From Macrostomum lignano (taxonomy: Eukaryota), in the NCBI GenBank assembly GCA_002269645.1, contig NIVC01001102.1, positions 62,001-126,000 of the forward strand: a DNA stretch of 64,000 nucleotides, given 5' to 3'. Below, piece after piece: positions 1 through 40,700 of this stretch. Under the pieces are notes generated by a model that ran no database searches, had not been told where the DNA came from, and worked only from the letters and a program-made list of their open reading frames with translations. The position numbers were made by a program, and so were the translations under genes. Each line of letters begins with the position of its first letter. Position 1 is the first letter of the stretch.

Positions 1-62
1 ATCATTAGTTTGCAGTTCTTCCTGATACCCATTTTCAATATCTGAATTCTAAATCTCAAATA

Positions 63-285
63 TCAAGTCCTGAATCCCAAGTCCTGAATCCCAAGTCCCG
101 AATCCCAAGTCCCGAATTCCAAGTCCCAAATCCCAAGTCCCGAATCCCAAGTCCCGAATCCCAAGTCCCGAATCCTAAGTCCCGAATCCCAAGTCCCGAA
201 TCCCAAGTCCCGAATCCCAAGTCCCGAATTCCAAGTCCCGAATCCCAAGTCCCGAATCCCAAGTCCTGAATCCTAAATCTCGATT
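63..285. repeat. 14-bp minisatellite TCCCGAATCCCAAG
   Basis: Direct tandem periodicity. Confidence 0.95.
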
Positions 286-1202
286 TAAAATGTGTAATTG
301 TCATTACATGTGAAATACTAACAGCAATATTGACTAATAAGCATATTTGGGCAATATTAACTTGTCAAGCAACTTATTTTAACATAAATTTGCGTTTGCA
401 GTGTCTAACAGGTTAAACCTTCAATTGCTTACAAAATGTAAATTCCCAGAATAAAAAAATTCCTTTACAAACAGTCACTTACTGTAAAAAGGAATATAAG
501 AGTGTTAATTGGTAAATTCTGTCAATAAAAATTGCCCCAATCATTTCCCACTTTCTCGAACATTTCATTCAATATTGCAGCACAGTGCCCATTTCGCTGC
601 TACTGAAATTAGTAATAAATTTATGAATAGACCGAAAGGCTTGGATACTGTCGATGTGAGTTTATTAATTATAATTATCCTCCACTATACTAAAAATAAT
701 TAGCTCTCAAAATTTGCCCGCTTCTCTGTACTAGTAGGAAAATATTTATCGACGACGCAATTATTTTAAATTTATAATTAAAAATGATTTCATTTTTTTC
801 ATGCAATTTACTAAACCAGGCTACTATGAGTAGATTAAACATCAAATTTAAAAAAACATGTTTTCAAGCTACTTTAAGTAGCGTACCAGCGCAAATTGGA
901 ATCTTTTTACAATTTTTATCGCCAAATTTTCATCAAAATTAATAAAAATTTTTAGAAAAACAACAGCTACTACTGCTGATAATAAAGCTGAATTTGCATG
1001 CTAATTTTATGTTTGAAAAAAAAATATTCAAATTAAAGCACGCTTTTAAACTAGCGCCAACTTAGACATAGAGCTCGTTGATTGAGATTGGTTTTTGCGT
1101 AGAAATTTTTAATGTAAAAATTTATAATTTTGCTTTCATATGTCGAAAGCGTATTTAATTATTGCACTGTGCATTTTTTCTTTTTTAAAAAAAATTACCC
1201 AG

Positions 1203-1232
1203 CTGCTAATAAAAGATGGTTCATCTCCAGAA
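1203..1232 (+). CDS. Possible 30-nt talin microexon (LLIKDGSSPE)
   Basis: CCCAG acceptor, AA|GTAAGT donor, phase 0-0 and stop-free; no homology support. Confidence 0.25.
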
Positions 1233-1616
1233 GTAAGTAGCCAAATAAATCATACTACTTATTTATTCAGTAGTGCTACATTTTTCTAGATTTTTATTGC
1301 TTTACTATAAACACATTTTCACGTTCCAACGTGATAGATAATATTTAGCCAGCTATTATATAAATCTTAATAACGCGTTTTTTCATTTTTCAATAAGTTC
1401 TTCCTTGTCTTATTCAGATTGCACATGTAATTTTCTTGTAGCTCTAAATGCCTTTTTTTGGGTGCACAGTTACGTTTAAGCTTCGATATCTCGATCGATC
1501 ACTTTTCTGTACTGTTTTCTGCTGTTAATACGCTTGTTAATCTATCATTTTTATTATCTACCTCTCCATTTATTATTCTACTTGGTTCTACTATAACTCT
1601 TTCCCATTTAAATAAT

Positions 1617-2052
1617 ACCCTAGACAATCCCTATAAAGTCTCTGCTAGACAATTTTTATAGAATCTCCCATAGACCTTCTCTATAGAATCGCCCCTAGAC
1701 AATCCCTATAGAATCGCCCCTAGACAATCCCTATACTCGTAGATATAGATTTGTCTCCAGACAATCCCTACAGAATCGGCCCTAGAGAATCTTTATAGAA
1801 TCTCCTCTAGACAATCCCTATAGAATCTCCCCTAGACGATCCCTATAGAATCGCATCTAGACAATCCCTATAGAATCGCCTCTTGACAATCCCTATAGAA
1901 TCGCCCCCAGACAACCCCTATAGAATTGCCCCTAGACAATTCTTATAGAATCTCCCCTAGACAATCCCTATAGAATCGCATCTAGAGAATCCCTATAGAA
2001 TCGCCTCTTGACAATCCCTATAGAATCGCCAATAGACAGTCCTTATAGAATC
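1617..2052. repeat. ~25-bp minisatellite CCCTATAGAATCGCCCCTAGACAAT
   Basis: Tandem copies upstream of the 2165 acceptor. Confidence 0.92.
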
Positions 2053-2164
2053 TTTAAAAAGTCATAAATAATTGTAATTTTTGCTTATATCGATCAAAAT
2101 TCATAAAAGTACAATACCTAAAAGTACATCTATATAAAAGTAAATTTTGCAATTGATTGCCCAG

Positions 2165-29631
<27,467 letters not shown>

Positions 29632-29784
29632 TGTCTGATTGCTGACTAAGACACATTTGGACTAATTATCGATTTTTAACTTTTTATATCTGCTTAACTC
29701 TACTAGTAGTAGTGAGGCTAAAAACAGTATCATTCTTAATGAGTCATTTGATTATGTAGTGATTGTTATCATAAGATGCTACGA

Positions 29785-30065
29785 CAAAGATAAGAAACCA
29801 TATGGGTCACATGATGCCAAGATAAGATAAGAAACAAAATGGGTCACGTGATGCTAAGATAAGATAAGAAACCATATGGGTCACATGATGCCAAGATAAG
29901 ATAAGAAACAATATGGGTCACGTGATGCTAAGATAAGATAAGAAACCATATGGGTCACATGATGCCAAGATAAGATAAGAAACAATATGGGTCACGTGAT
30001 GCTAAGATAAGATAAGAAACCATGTGGGTCACGTGATGCCAAGATAAGATAAGAAACCATATGGG
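29785..30065. repeat. 37-bp minisatellite in the talin 3' UTR region (GATAAGATAAGAAACCATATGGGTCACATGATGCCAA)
   Basis: About seven copies. Confidence 0.92.
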
Positions 30066-31084
30066 TCTACTGGTGCGTAATGCTACTTTTATTTTTTTTT
30101 GGCCTGACAAACCCCATTGTGTAGTCTAGATATTTAACTTTTAAACTTTGCTATTTGTATAAATGCTGTCATCTATTTTGTACACAAAAGTAATTGCTTG
30201 TTCATATTTGGCATTATTTACCAACTGCTAGCTTGTTATGTTTCTGTTTTATATTGAGAATTTTACTCAAGAATTGCTGCATGATTCTGATATTTATTTT
30301 ACTAATAAAACTGGCCGACTGTTTGCCACTTTGCCTTGCAATTGCTTGGTACTTGGGTTAATATTGAATAAGTTGATTAAAATTATGAGATATTATTTTA
30401 ACTACTATTATTTCCTGTGTACATTTTTGCTACATTAATTATGTATCCCCTGTTGATTAATTAGCAAAGCAATATATGGTATTATTAATAAAAAATATCT
30501 GCTTTTTTATCATTGTATAAGCTATCAAAATTTATTCTTTTAAAAAGGTTTTCTTTACTGATACTACTACTTGTAGCCAATTATATAAGTAGTATAATTA
30601 GCGCGCATGATAATATTTACTACTTTTTTGTTTGAAATGGCGTTTTTATGTGACATAGTTATATATTATTATAGATCTGTTTTCGTCACTTGTGCATCCA
30701 GCAGCTGTTGCATGCACCCCCCCCAGCTTCGTAGTTTGAGGTGCAGATTTTGAACATTGTTGTTTTTCAAAATTAGATATTAATTAATATTTGGTGTCTT
30801 CAATCTATCAGACTAATAAGTAGCTGCCTTAATTATTAATATCGCATAATCAGATATTTTTATGCATATTTTCAGTGCTAGCAAAATGCTTGACTGCTGT
30901 GCCGCTCTCTTCTAACATAGCGCTTCAAATTAAATTGTTTAAGAATATATCAGCTAACCTGCGCCAACCGCATGAAATCAATTTTTATATCACAGTTTTG
31001 CAATATTGCCAACATTGACTGACTTTTCTTTTGGGATATTTTAGTGCCGATATAGCGTCATGATGCCATATACAAGTCATGATG

Positions 31085-31262
31085 TCCTCAGTTGCAAGGC
31101 CAGCCTCCCAGATCCTCAGTTGTTGGGCCAGCCTCCCAGATCCTCAGTTGCTGGGCCAGCCTCCCAGATCCTCAGTTGCTAGGCCAGCCTCCCAGATCCT
31201 CAGTTGCTGGGCCAGCCTCCCAGATCCTCAGTTGCTGGGCCAGCCTCCCAGATCCTCAGTTT
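31085..31262. repeat. 28-bp minisatellite GGGCCAGCCTCCCAGATCCTCAGTTGCT
   Basis: About six copies. Confidence 0.92.
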
Positions 31263-31599
31263 TCAAGCTACAGGTGTAGCAGTGTTGACAATATTAAACG
31301 CAATATGAGCTCATTGAAACTTGTAAAATAATCTGAATTTAACTTTTTTTCAACTCAAAGCTTTTCTGCCTATATAAAAAATTCTGCCTTTTGCTTGGTT
31401 TGCTTGCGTCTTCAATATGAAGGTTTTTTGGTATTTAATGCTGGAATATTAGTTAATTACATATTATCAGCACTAAATATATGCGTTGATTAATTTGTTT
31501 TCAATTAAAATAATAAGATAATCTCTATATTAGTAAATAATGGGTAAAGTTCAATAGAAATTATTGTTGTTTGAGTTTTAGATTTAGCAGAAATAATTG

Positions 31600-31794
31600 C
31601 AGAAACAACATCGGTCCCACAACCAGAGCGTCGAGGCTATTCTGCCCATTCCGCTGACTCCTGACAAGCGCGCCAATGAATATGAATCCCTTGGCCAATT
31701 TTTCCTGCTCAAACCCTGCTAAATGAATGTGGCTGTGGCACGGAATAGAACTCTCGTGACGTGAGAGTCAAACGCGTTTACCGTTGAGCTGCTA
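31600..31794 (-). mobile_element. Diverged copy of SINE family A
   Basis: Minus strand has CAGCTCAACGGT (A-box), GAGTTCTATTCC (B-box), CAGCCACATT and GGAGTCAGCGGAATGGGCAG, all shared with the 9521 copy. Confidence 0.6.
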
Positions 31795-31989
31795 GATTTA
31801 GTATATGGACTAGCACACTCGCCCCTCCTAGGGGGAGCACGATAATAAAGCATTCTAAAATCATTTATAGTCTGACGAGTGAAAACGCATTTGATGAAAC
31901 CACATTTGATGCCTGCCGGTACGTTTGCAAACGATTTATTAATCCATCCAGCTAGTTTGAATTTTTAGTGTATAGTCTCACTCAGAATG

Positions 31990-32190
31990 ACACTGCTAAG
32001 ACATACTAAAACAGATACTGCTAGGACACATGAATACAGACACTAAAGACATTTGGGCCGACACTAAAGACACTTGGGCAGACATTAAAGTCACTTGGGC
32101 AGACACTAAAGACACTTGGACAGACATTAAAGACACTTGGGCAGACACTAAAGACACACTTGGGCAGACACTAAAGACACACTAAAACTG
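31990..32190. repeat. ~21-bp repeat GACACTAAAGACACTTGGGCA
   Basis: Tandem, degenerate at the edges. Confidence 0.82.
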
Positions 32191-34084
32191 TACTTCAAAA
32201 AGGCTAATCATCAAAGAGCGAGTTCATGAACAAAAGCCAACCTTGACTAAATTTACAGCACTAGCGTAATCTGAAACAACAGCCGATAAAAATTTAAACA
32301 AATTTTGTCTACCTTAATTACGTCATTATTAAATCTATAAACAGATGGGCAGACAGACCACATAGCTAATTATAAAACAGAGCTCACGCCATTTTCAGCA
32401 ACAACAAAAAAACCCTAGCAAAAAAGATCTGTCTGCAGTGTCCAACTCAAATCGTGTTTGCCTGCGTTTAAACTGACACCACCCAGGTGCACAACTGGTT
32501 AAAAACACAGGAATTAGTTGTCACAATTTGTGTCTTTTTGTAATTCCATAAACTGCGTCGTATTCACAGCAGCAGCAGTTTAGCTTTCTAAAAGAGAAAA
32601 AAATGATTTGCCCTACAGCTACGAGTAGGTTTGATGGAAAGCGGGCAAGAAGGAAAGAAACTATACTAGTGCAGAAAATGCCTTGTTGTGCAGTTGAAAC
32701 CTCTGAGAGTTTTTTCTCTCTCCCTCTCTCCATTTCTGTGATATGCTTTTAAATGGCTACATAAGTGGAATTCGTGCTCAATATATAGAATTATATAGAG
32801 AGACTGCTTAAAGAGATTTGTGTGTGTATGTGTCTGTGTGTGCATGCAGTACGTTCCTGGCGAGTGTAAATACTTACATAGTACCTCAAGCACATACCTA
32901 TTAGGACTCATTAATCTACAACAGAACTGCGCTTATTGATAATAATAATTACACGTACGAGTATAAACGTAGGCTTGTAGAATATAATTTTTTTGTCGCG
33001 TGAATTGCTAATTTTGATTTGATTTGATTTGTTAGTCTGAGAGCGTGGGCGTGGTTATAAGTATCTATGCGTCAATTACACTGATTTACATGTTAATCAG
33101 TGTTGTTATAGTTGTATATAACAAGTTATTGTTGTATTATACAACTATATACAACTATACAACAAATATACAACAAATATACAACTATATAGTTATATAG
33201 TTATATAGTTGTATATTTGTATAGTTGTTATACAAATTGAGTAGATACTGCAATCTCTAGAGCGTTATGGACATCCAAGCATACAAACCTTAAAGATTTA
33301 GTATATTTAGATTTAGTATATACGACTAGCGCACTAAGCCCCCAATGGGGGCATTTCAAATTTGTAATATTTGACCGGGCTCTTCCAAATCGAATTTTTC
33401 ATCGCAGGGTTTTCTGTATTCTTTCTATATACATATCGCCTTTGGCAGTTTGTATTTTTGATGCAAATGGGTTTTTTGTCTAGTTTTATATTTTTCGATA
33501 CATATCGGCTGTATTTCTGCAGTTTTTTAGTTTTCGATACATATCGCCTGTATTTCTAGGCCAGATGGTTCTAGAAAAATCAATTACACAGACAAGCAGA
33601 CTGGTAGATTAAACTGGTAGGTAGAGTTAGACAAGTCAAAAAACATTGTTTTTGTTGTTCCCACTAAGAAGGCATAAAATTAAAAGCAGAAACTTGAAAT
33701 GTAACGACTTGCAAAACCTACTGCAAAAGCCAGACCCTAGATCAACCTATAATAAATTGAGTAACGCAGCCATTTGGATAAAAGTACTCGTAAGTTTGCG
33801 TGAGTACCTTCTAGATCCAGCACTGCATTGATATCCGATCCTATAGCAATTGTTCTCATGGCTACTGAGTGACATCTTGGCCTTCATAATTTTTTATTTC
33901 ATATCAACGTCTTTGCTATTCACGGCCATCATGGTATTGGATAGCAGCTTTGTTCTTTTTGTGTTTTGTGGCAAATCTTTCTAATAAAGCATCTATATAT
34001 ATCTTGCTCCTCTGTCTCTGACTATGATCTCCCTCTGTACCATCCTCTCACTTCTGCACCCTCATCTCCTCTTGATTCCTCTGC

Positions 34085-34320
34085 CTGCCTCTCTTCTCTA
34101 CCATCCTGTTCCCCTCTCTACCCTCCTGTCTCCTCTACCCTCTTCTCACCTGTCTACCCTCTTCTCCCCTCTCTACCCTCTTCTCCCCTCTCTACCCTCT
34201 TCTCCCCTCTCTACCCTCTTCTCCCTTCTCTACCCTCTTCTCCCCTGTCTACCATCTTCTCCTCTCTCTACCCTCTTCTCCCCTGTCTACCCTCCTGTCC
34301 CCTCTCTAGCCTCTCTCCAG
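34085..34320. repeat. Pyrimidine-rich ~19-bp repeat CTCTACCCTCTTCTCCCCT
   Basis: Tandem periodicity. Confidence 0.85.
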
Positions 34321-34707
34321 TCTTTACCCTATTTTCATAATCAACATAGATATAATAATTTTTAATAATCCCTCAACTCACCAACAAACCCAAAGTCATA
34401 TGTTTACACCGCATCAACACTTAGAGTATACTGCTATAATTTTTTTGAACATATAGCGCTCAGCCAATGATACCTGACGCTCAGCGTCCTCGAGTTGCTG
34501 TTAGCAACACAGATGAGTATACTGCTCTCTATTGCTATCGTGTCTTTTCGCTCGCGGCCAATGAAGTGACGCCATTAGAACCTGTGACCCAGCGCAACTA
34601 AATAAGTAAAAAAAGCATTCCTCTGTCCCTACCACAGTTTTTATAGCCATTGAAAACAGAATTTTCATTTCGAATTCGCCAAACTATAAGTCCCAGTTTC
34701 CGTAAGC

Positions 34708-37700
34708 ATGACAGTCTCTTACAGCGAGACCATATCCAGTAGTCAAGGCGGCGTCTTCATCAAGATTCTGTTGCTATGGCGTGGCAGCCTGTACAAACTG
34801 GTGTACACCGATCTGTTTTTCTACCTGGTGATTTATTACGCTTTCAATATCAGCTACAGGAGCCTCATGAGCCCTCAGACCAGGCAGAGTTTTGAACTGG
34901 TGGTGAAGCTTTGCAACGAAATGGACAAATCAATTCCCCTGTCCTTCATTCTTGGCTTCTTTGTGGCCGGTGAGTGCTGCTTGGGATTTGGTTGGGATCC
35001 GGGTGAGATTCGGGTGAGATTCGGTTTGATTCGGGTGAGATTCGGTTGAAACTCTGGTGAGATTTCAGGTGAGATTCGGGTGAGATTCGGGCGAGATTCA
35101 GGTAAGATTTAGGTGACATTTTCAGATGAGATTCAGGTGAGATTCAGGTGAGATTCGGGTGAGGTTCAGGTGAGATTTGGGTGAGATTCGGGTAAGATTC
35201 AGGTGAAATTCGGGTGAGATTCGGGTGAAACTCGGGTGAGATTCGGATGAGATTCAGTTAAGATTCGGTTGAGATCCGGGTGAGATTCGGTTGAGATCCG
35301 GGTGAGATTCACATGAGATTCAGGTGAGATTCGGGTGGATTCGGGTGAGATTCGGTTGAAACTCGGGTGAGATTTCAGGTGAGATTCAAGTGAGATTCGG
35401 GCGAGATTCAGGTAAGATTTAGGTGACATTCGGATGAGATTCAGGTGAGATTCGGGTGAGATTTGGTTGAGATTTGGGTGAGATTCGAGTCACATTCGAG
35501 TGATATTCAGGTGAGATTCGGGTGAGAGGGAAAGCAGGTGTGAGATGGAAGCGAGTGAAAAGTTCAGTTGAAAGGGGGAAGAAGGTCGCGAGAAGCAAAT
35601 TTTACCAATTTTCCTCAAGTCACCGAGCTCGCGTGCAACTTTCTGTTTAGTAATATGTATAGCTATAATAAAATAAATTTCAATGCCGCATAGAAAACAT
35701 TACAAAGAGTGCTTTGGAGTCAATTGAGTCATCTTGACTTTGGCTTGAAAAACTAAAGTGAGAATTGCATCAGTCGTGCTTGAGGAGGCTGTGTGATTCT
35801 CCTCGACTCAGCCTTAACTGAACTCTCACATAGCTCGTACCCTGAATGCATATGTACTGGACCATAAAACATTGTGTTAAATTCATATTTTATTGCACCT
35901 CTAAGTTTCTCTGAGCAATAAAATAGCAGCATTATATTGTCTAACTTTGACGTGCGCCGACAATTAGTCTCTCTCCTTTATTGTTTACATTTTTTCTTCT
36001 CAAACCATTAGTGTGCCCAATTGAGCTGGTTTGGGTGCAATCAGTTTTCTGGGTTTTTTCTTCTTAAATTTGTTTATTTACATGTAGCCTGTTTCTATGC
36101 CGTTTTGTTTGAATATCAATGACTTACTCTGTGTATGACCGATTGTCTATGACCTACATGTAATACTCTGTATGACCGCAATTGTCTATGACCTACATAC
36201 TACTGTGTATGACCGATTGTCTATGACCTACATGTACTGTCTATGACTGTTTTTCCATGACCTACTATTAAGGTCTGCCTATGAACTACTGAGCATGACC
36301 GCAATTGTCTATGACCTACTGAGTATGACCGCAATTGTCTATGACCTACTGAGCATGACCGCGATTGTCTATGACCTACTGAGCATGACCGCGACTGTCT
36401 ATGACCTACTAATGACCCCGATTGTCTTTACCAAACAATTCAATTTTAAGTAATCAGTCATTTCCACCCCCTAACCAAGGTGTAATCGGTCGCTGGTGGC
36501 AGATGTACTTGAACATACCCTGGCTAAACCGTATCTCGTTTCTGTCCTACGGCATCCTGACTGGCACCCGCGAGAACTTCGAACAGGCCAGACGACTCCG
36601 TTTGAGCATGATGCGCTACCTGAATATTGGCTGGATTCTGCTTATGCACTCCATCTCAGAGAAAGTTATGCACCAGTTTTCTGACGTTAAACCGCCAGAC
36701 GAAACTGAGGAAGGAAATTCTGTGAGTTAACGATCTAGTCTCAAGTTCGTTCATGTTCGAATCAAGCTGGTAAAAAGTCAATCGAAGCTGATAGATAGAT
36801 TCAATCAATTTGATTGAAAGTCAATCAATTTGACAAAAAGCCAATCAAGCTGATAAAAAGCCAATCAAGCTGATAAAAAGCCAATCAAGCTGATAAAAAG
36901 CCAATCAAGCTGATAAAAAGCCAATCAAGCTGATAAAAAGCCAATCAAGCTGATAAAAAGCCAATCAAGCTGATAAAAAGCCAATCGAGCTAATTAGATA
37001 GAATTAAATCAATTTGATCGAAAGTCAATCAATTGCTGATAAAACGCCAATCAAGCTGATAAAAAGCCAATCAAGCTGATAAAAAGCCAATCAAGCTGAT
37101 AAAAAGCCAATCAAGCTGATAAAAAGCCAATCAAGCTGATAAAAAGCCAATCAAGCTGATAAAAAGCCAATCAAGCTGATAAAAAGCCAATCAAGCTGAT
37201 AAAAAGCCAATCAAGCTGATAAAAAGCCAATCAAGCTGATAAAAAGCCAATCAAGCTGATAAAAAGCCAATCAAGCTGATAAAAAGCCAATCAAGCTGAT
37301 AAAAAGCCAATCGAGCTAATTAGATAGAATTAAATCAATTTAATCGAAAGTCAATAGAAAGTCAATCTGTTTGATAGAAAGTCAATCAATTTGATAAAAC
37401 GCCAATCAAGCTGATAAAATAAGTCAATCAAGCTAATGGATAGATTCAATCAATTTGATTGAAAGTCAATCAATTTGATCGAAAGTCAATCAATTGCTGA
37501 TAAAACGCCAATCAAGCTAATTAGAACTGACGACAGAAGATGCACACATATTACTCGTAGAAGACAACCAAGCAAAGAAATTCAGACCAATTCGAGGCTA
37601 TTCTGGCCGCAAAACAATAGATTTCGACACTTTGCTGGAATTATCCAATTATTAAAATCCCAACTATAATCCTATATTCATGGAGAATAATGAATTTTGA

Positions 37701-40700
37701 ATTCTTCAATTAGTGTAGCGCTGTCATTTGCATTTGGTCGCATATTAAAAAATAAATAATGAAATGCACAGACATACGTCGAAGTCCGTGACTGTAGCTT
37801 ATTCGACTTAACGGGGAGTTAGATGTTAATTCCGCAGCAGTTTCTCATCATGAGGTGTCACACGAAAAAGAAGTTATTAGCTATGGGGAGAGACAAGCTC
37901 ACACTGTCACTTTAATTGCCAAGTCCCATGCACAGTCGACTGAAGTTGCAATTCTGACAAAAAAGAATAATTGATAGTTGCTTGCCGCAGTAATTGGAAC
38001 TCAACAACACCCCTAGATGCTGCACTGCTGCCCAGCAGCAGATAATGAGAGGCCAAGGTAAGGCAGAGGGGGGGGGAGCGGTCGGAGCAGAAAAGACTTC
38101 GACGGGCTGCTCAGAGCATGCAAGATCGCTCTCAACAATACAAGCCCGCCCTGCCGTGCGTCACGAGATTAGCAATGATGATGACTATATCTGTACTGCA
38201 CAAAACGGATTATACATGTGTGTAGCTACGACACGCAAAAGATCGACTGATGAAATGAAAGAGAAAACTGACGACAGAAGATGCAAACATATATAGCTAC
38301 TCGTAGCTACGCTTTTTTTACAACAGTCGCCAACGAGCTGAGCTGAATTGATTCAATCGAAATTCGTTGTCTGTTTCAGCTGTTTAAATGCATGGCTATG
38401 GCTGTGGCTTCTGTTCTGGGTGAAGCGAAACTAATTTCACTAATCTCTTGGCAAGCAGACAGCTTCATCATGCAGGGCTTCGTCTGTTGTTTCATACTTA
38501 AACCTAAAAATTGTTTTTTGAACAGATTTAGCTAATTACGACAGACCATTTTTAGTATATGGATAAGATAGAAAAAATGTTATAAGCACAATATGAACTT
38601 CACCAACTGCAAATAAAGCAAATTAAAACAAATAAACTACGATCTTTCTATTTGCGTGTATCGATAAGATTTTTCGGTTTCGACCATAGACGAATGTTTA
38701 AAATCAATGAAACGAAATAATCAGATTTTGGCTGGCTAGCTATTAGCTAATGCCACAAATTTCAAGTTGATGCTTGAATTTATACGAAAAACGCAAAATG
38801 GATGCTTATGAAGTAGTATAATTTAATAAAGCGAGTAGCTCATCGATCTTTTGTATAGTGCTTGTTACACTGTAGCTACATATGGTTTCGACCGAAAAAT
38901 CTATCCAAACTATGGAAGTTCTGAAAGAAGCCAGACTTAGACTTTTCACTGCCCCAAAACTACACTGCAGTCAAATGCAAACTTGTAAACGTAGTAGCTA
39001 AATGTCAATGAATTATAAGTGAGGAAACAAAAAAGCAAAGAAACATAATTTAATGATAATTAATCTGCGTTATTTTACTTTTATAGCATTTTGCAGTCAA
39101 GTTTGAACTGCGGGCATTCAAATTAGACGCTTGACCAGATCTCACTGCTGGCACAAATGCTATCTATGGCCTAGACAAAATCACACTGGTGGGCACTCAA
39201 TTTAAACAAGGGGCATTCAAATTAGACAAGTTCTCAGGCGCATTGGCTGGGCAATTCAAGATCGTGTTGCGTCTGTTGTCAGACAACCATTCTGTGAACC
39301 CTGAACTCGCTTCAGGTACATCGCCATCTCTTGACAGGATTTTCATCGAAAAAAGTTGTCCATCCAGTGCTCGAGAGACTGTTGAAATGTCAATCGTTGG
39401 TATTGCGGGAAACTCAGACAGAAGCGATTCCCGCATTTGCCCGAGTGTCATCAGAGGGTTGGCATTCAACAAGGCGGCCAGATGGTCCTTCATTGCAGGA
39501 TTCATTCGACGGTGCCTGGCTCCTCCCCTTGGTAGCGCGTATCGCTGGCCATCCTGAACAAACTTGTTCCAGATGTTGTACACTGATGATCTCTTGAGAT
39601 CCAACATGTTGGCAATTTCAGCCACAGAGTCACCACGTTGGCATGCCCCAATAATGAGGTCACGCTTCTCTCTGGAAATTCTTGCAAAGCGACGAATCGG
39701 ATTGTCCATGGTCTTTCTCTCTGGCACACATAGACTTTCCGCTGCTTGTCTAATTTGAATGCCCGTTGTCTAAATTGAGTGCCCGTCAGTGTGTTTCAGT
39801 TTGTGCCACAGACATAAAGTTCTGCTTCACTTGGGGACTGATTCTGAAATTTGGCTCTTCCCTTCTTGTCTAATTTGAATGCCCGCAGTTCAAGCTTGAC
39901 TGCAAAATGCTATATATAAGCAAATATATCTCAGCAACATCGAAAAGGCGCCATCACAGAAGATTTATTGTTATTCAATTTATTGTTAAAAAACTATTCT
40001 GTTTTTTTAAAGTGACAATTAATTAATTTTTCTTATTGAAACAATTAACAAAGTAATCTAATTAACCAATTTTTTTAATTAATTAGTCGAATTTTATACA
40101 TTTTTTTGGTTCAAGTGAGTAAATATTTCAATTGCATTAATTGAATAATAAATTTATTTGTTAGAATTTTATTACAGCTGTTAAATATCTGAAACTAGCC
40201 GAACAAAATTGCAATTAGTTAGCTATAGAACTATAAGCTGTCATCAAAACACGTTAATTTATTTAAATTTATTGCCTGACAACAAAACAGGCTGGTGAAG
40301 GACTGCTCACTCGAATTCGCTATGTGATGGACAGACTGGCCGGAACGAATCAAATGGCTGCTCAGTTGCACGCCAACTCTAAGTCGAGGGTGTGAATTTT
40401 TGTTTATATTTGTTATTAAAATATTGTTTTTAAGCTTTGATTTTGGTTTCACGACACATTTTTTATAATAATTGCTTAATCAGATAATGTTTGCTGTGAT
40501 AACAAAAATACTGCATCTAATGCTGTGATCTCGCTATAATGTGTAGCATTTTTAACTGATTTTGATTTTTTATTTGCTTATAAGAATATTTTACAACTGT
40601 TATCAGCATTATAACAAAAATTGCTAAAAATGAACTCTGTGTGTGTGATCCTACACGGTTGAAATACTGGAGTGTCACCATCACCAATTAATCACAGACA

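Noticed and set aside
31865-31930. Hammerhead ribozyme (CTGACGAG...GAAAC)
   Set aside because: Core words are present, but stems I and II cannot be formed convincingly.
39197-39727. Fanzor/TnpB-type RNA-guided nuclease cargo in the IS630-like element
   Set aside because: The element is only about 830 bp, encodes HTH motifs only, and has no RuvC or zinc-finger motifs.
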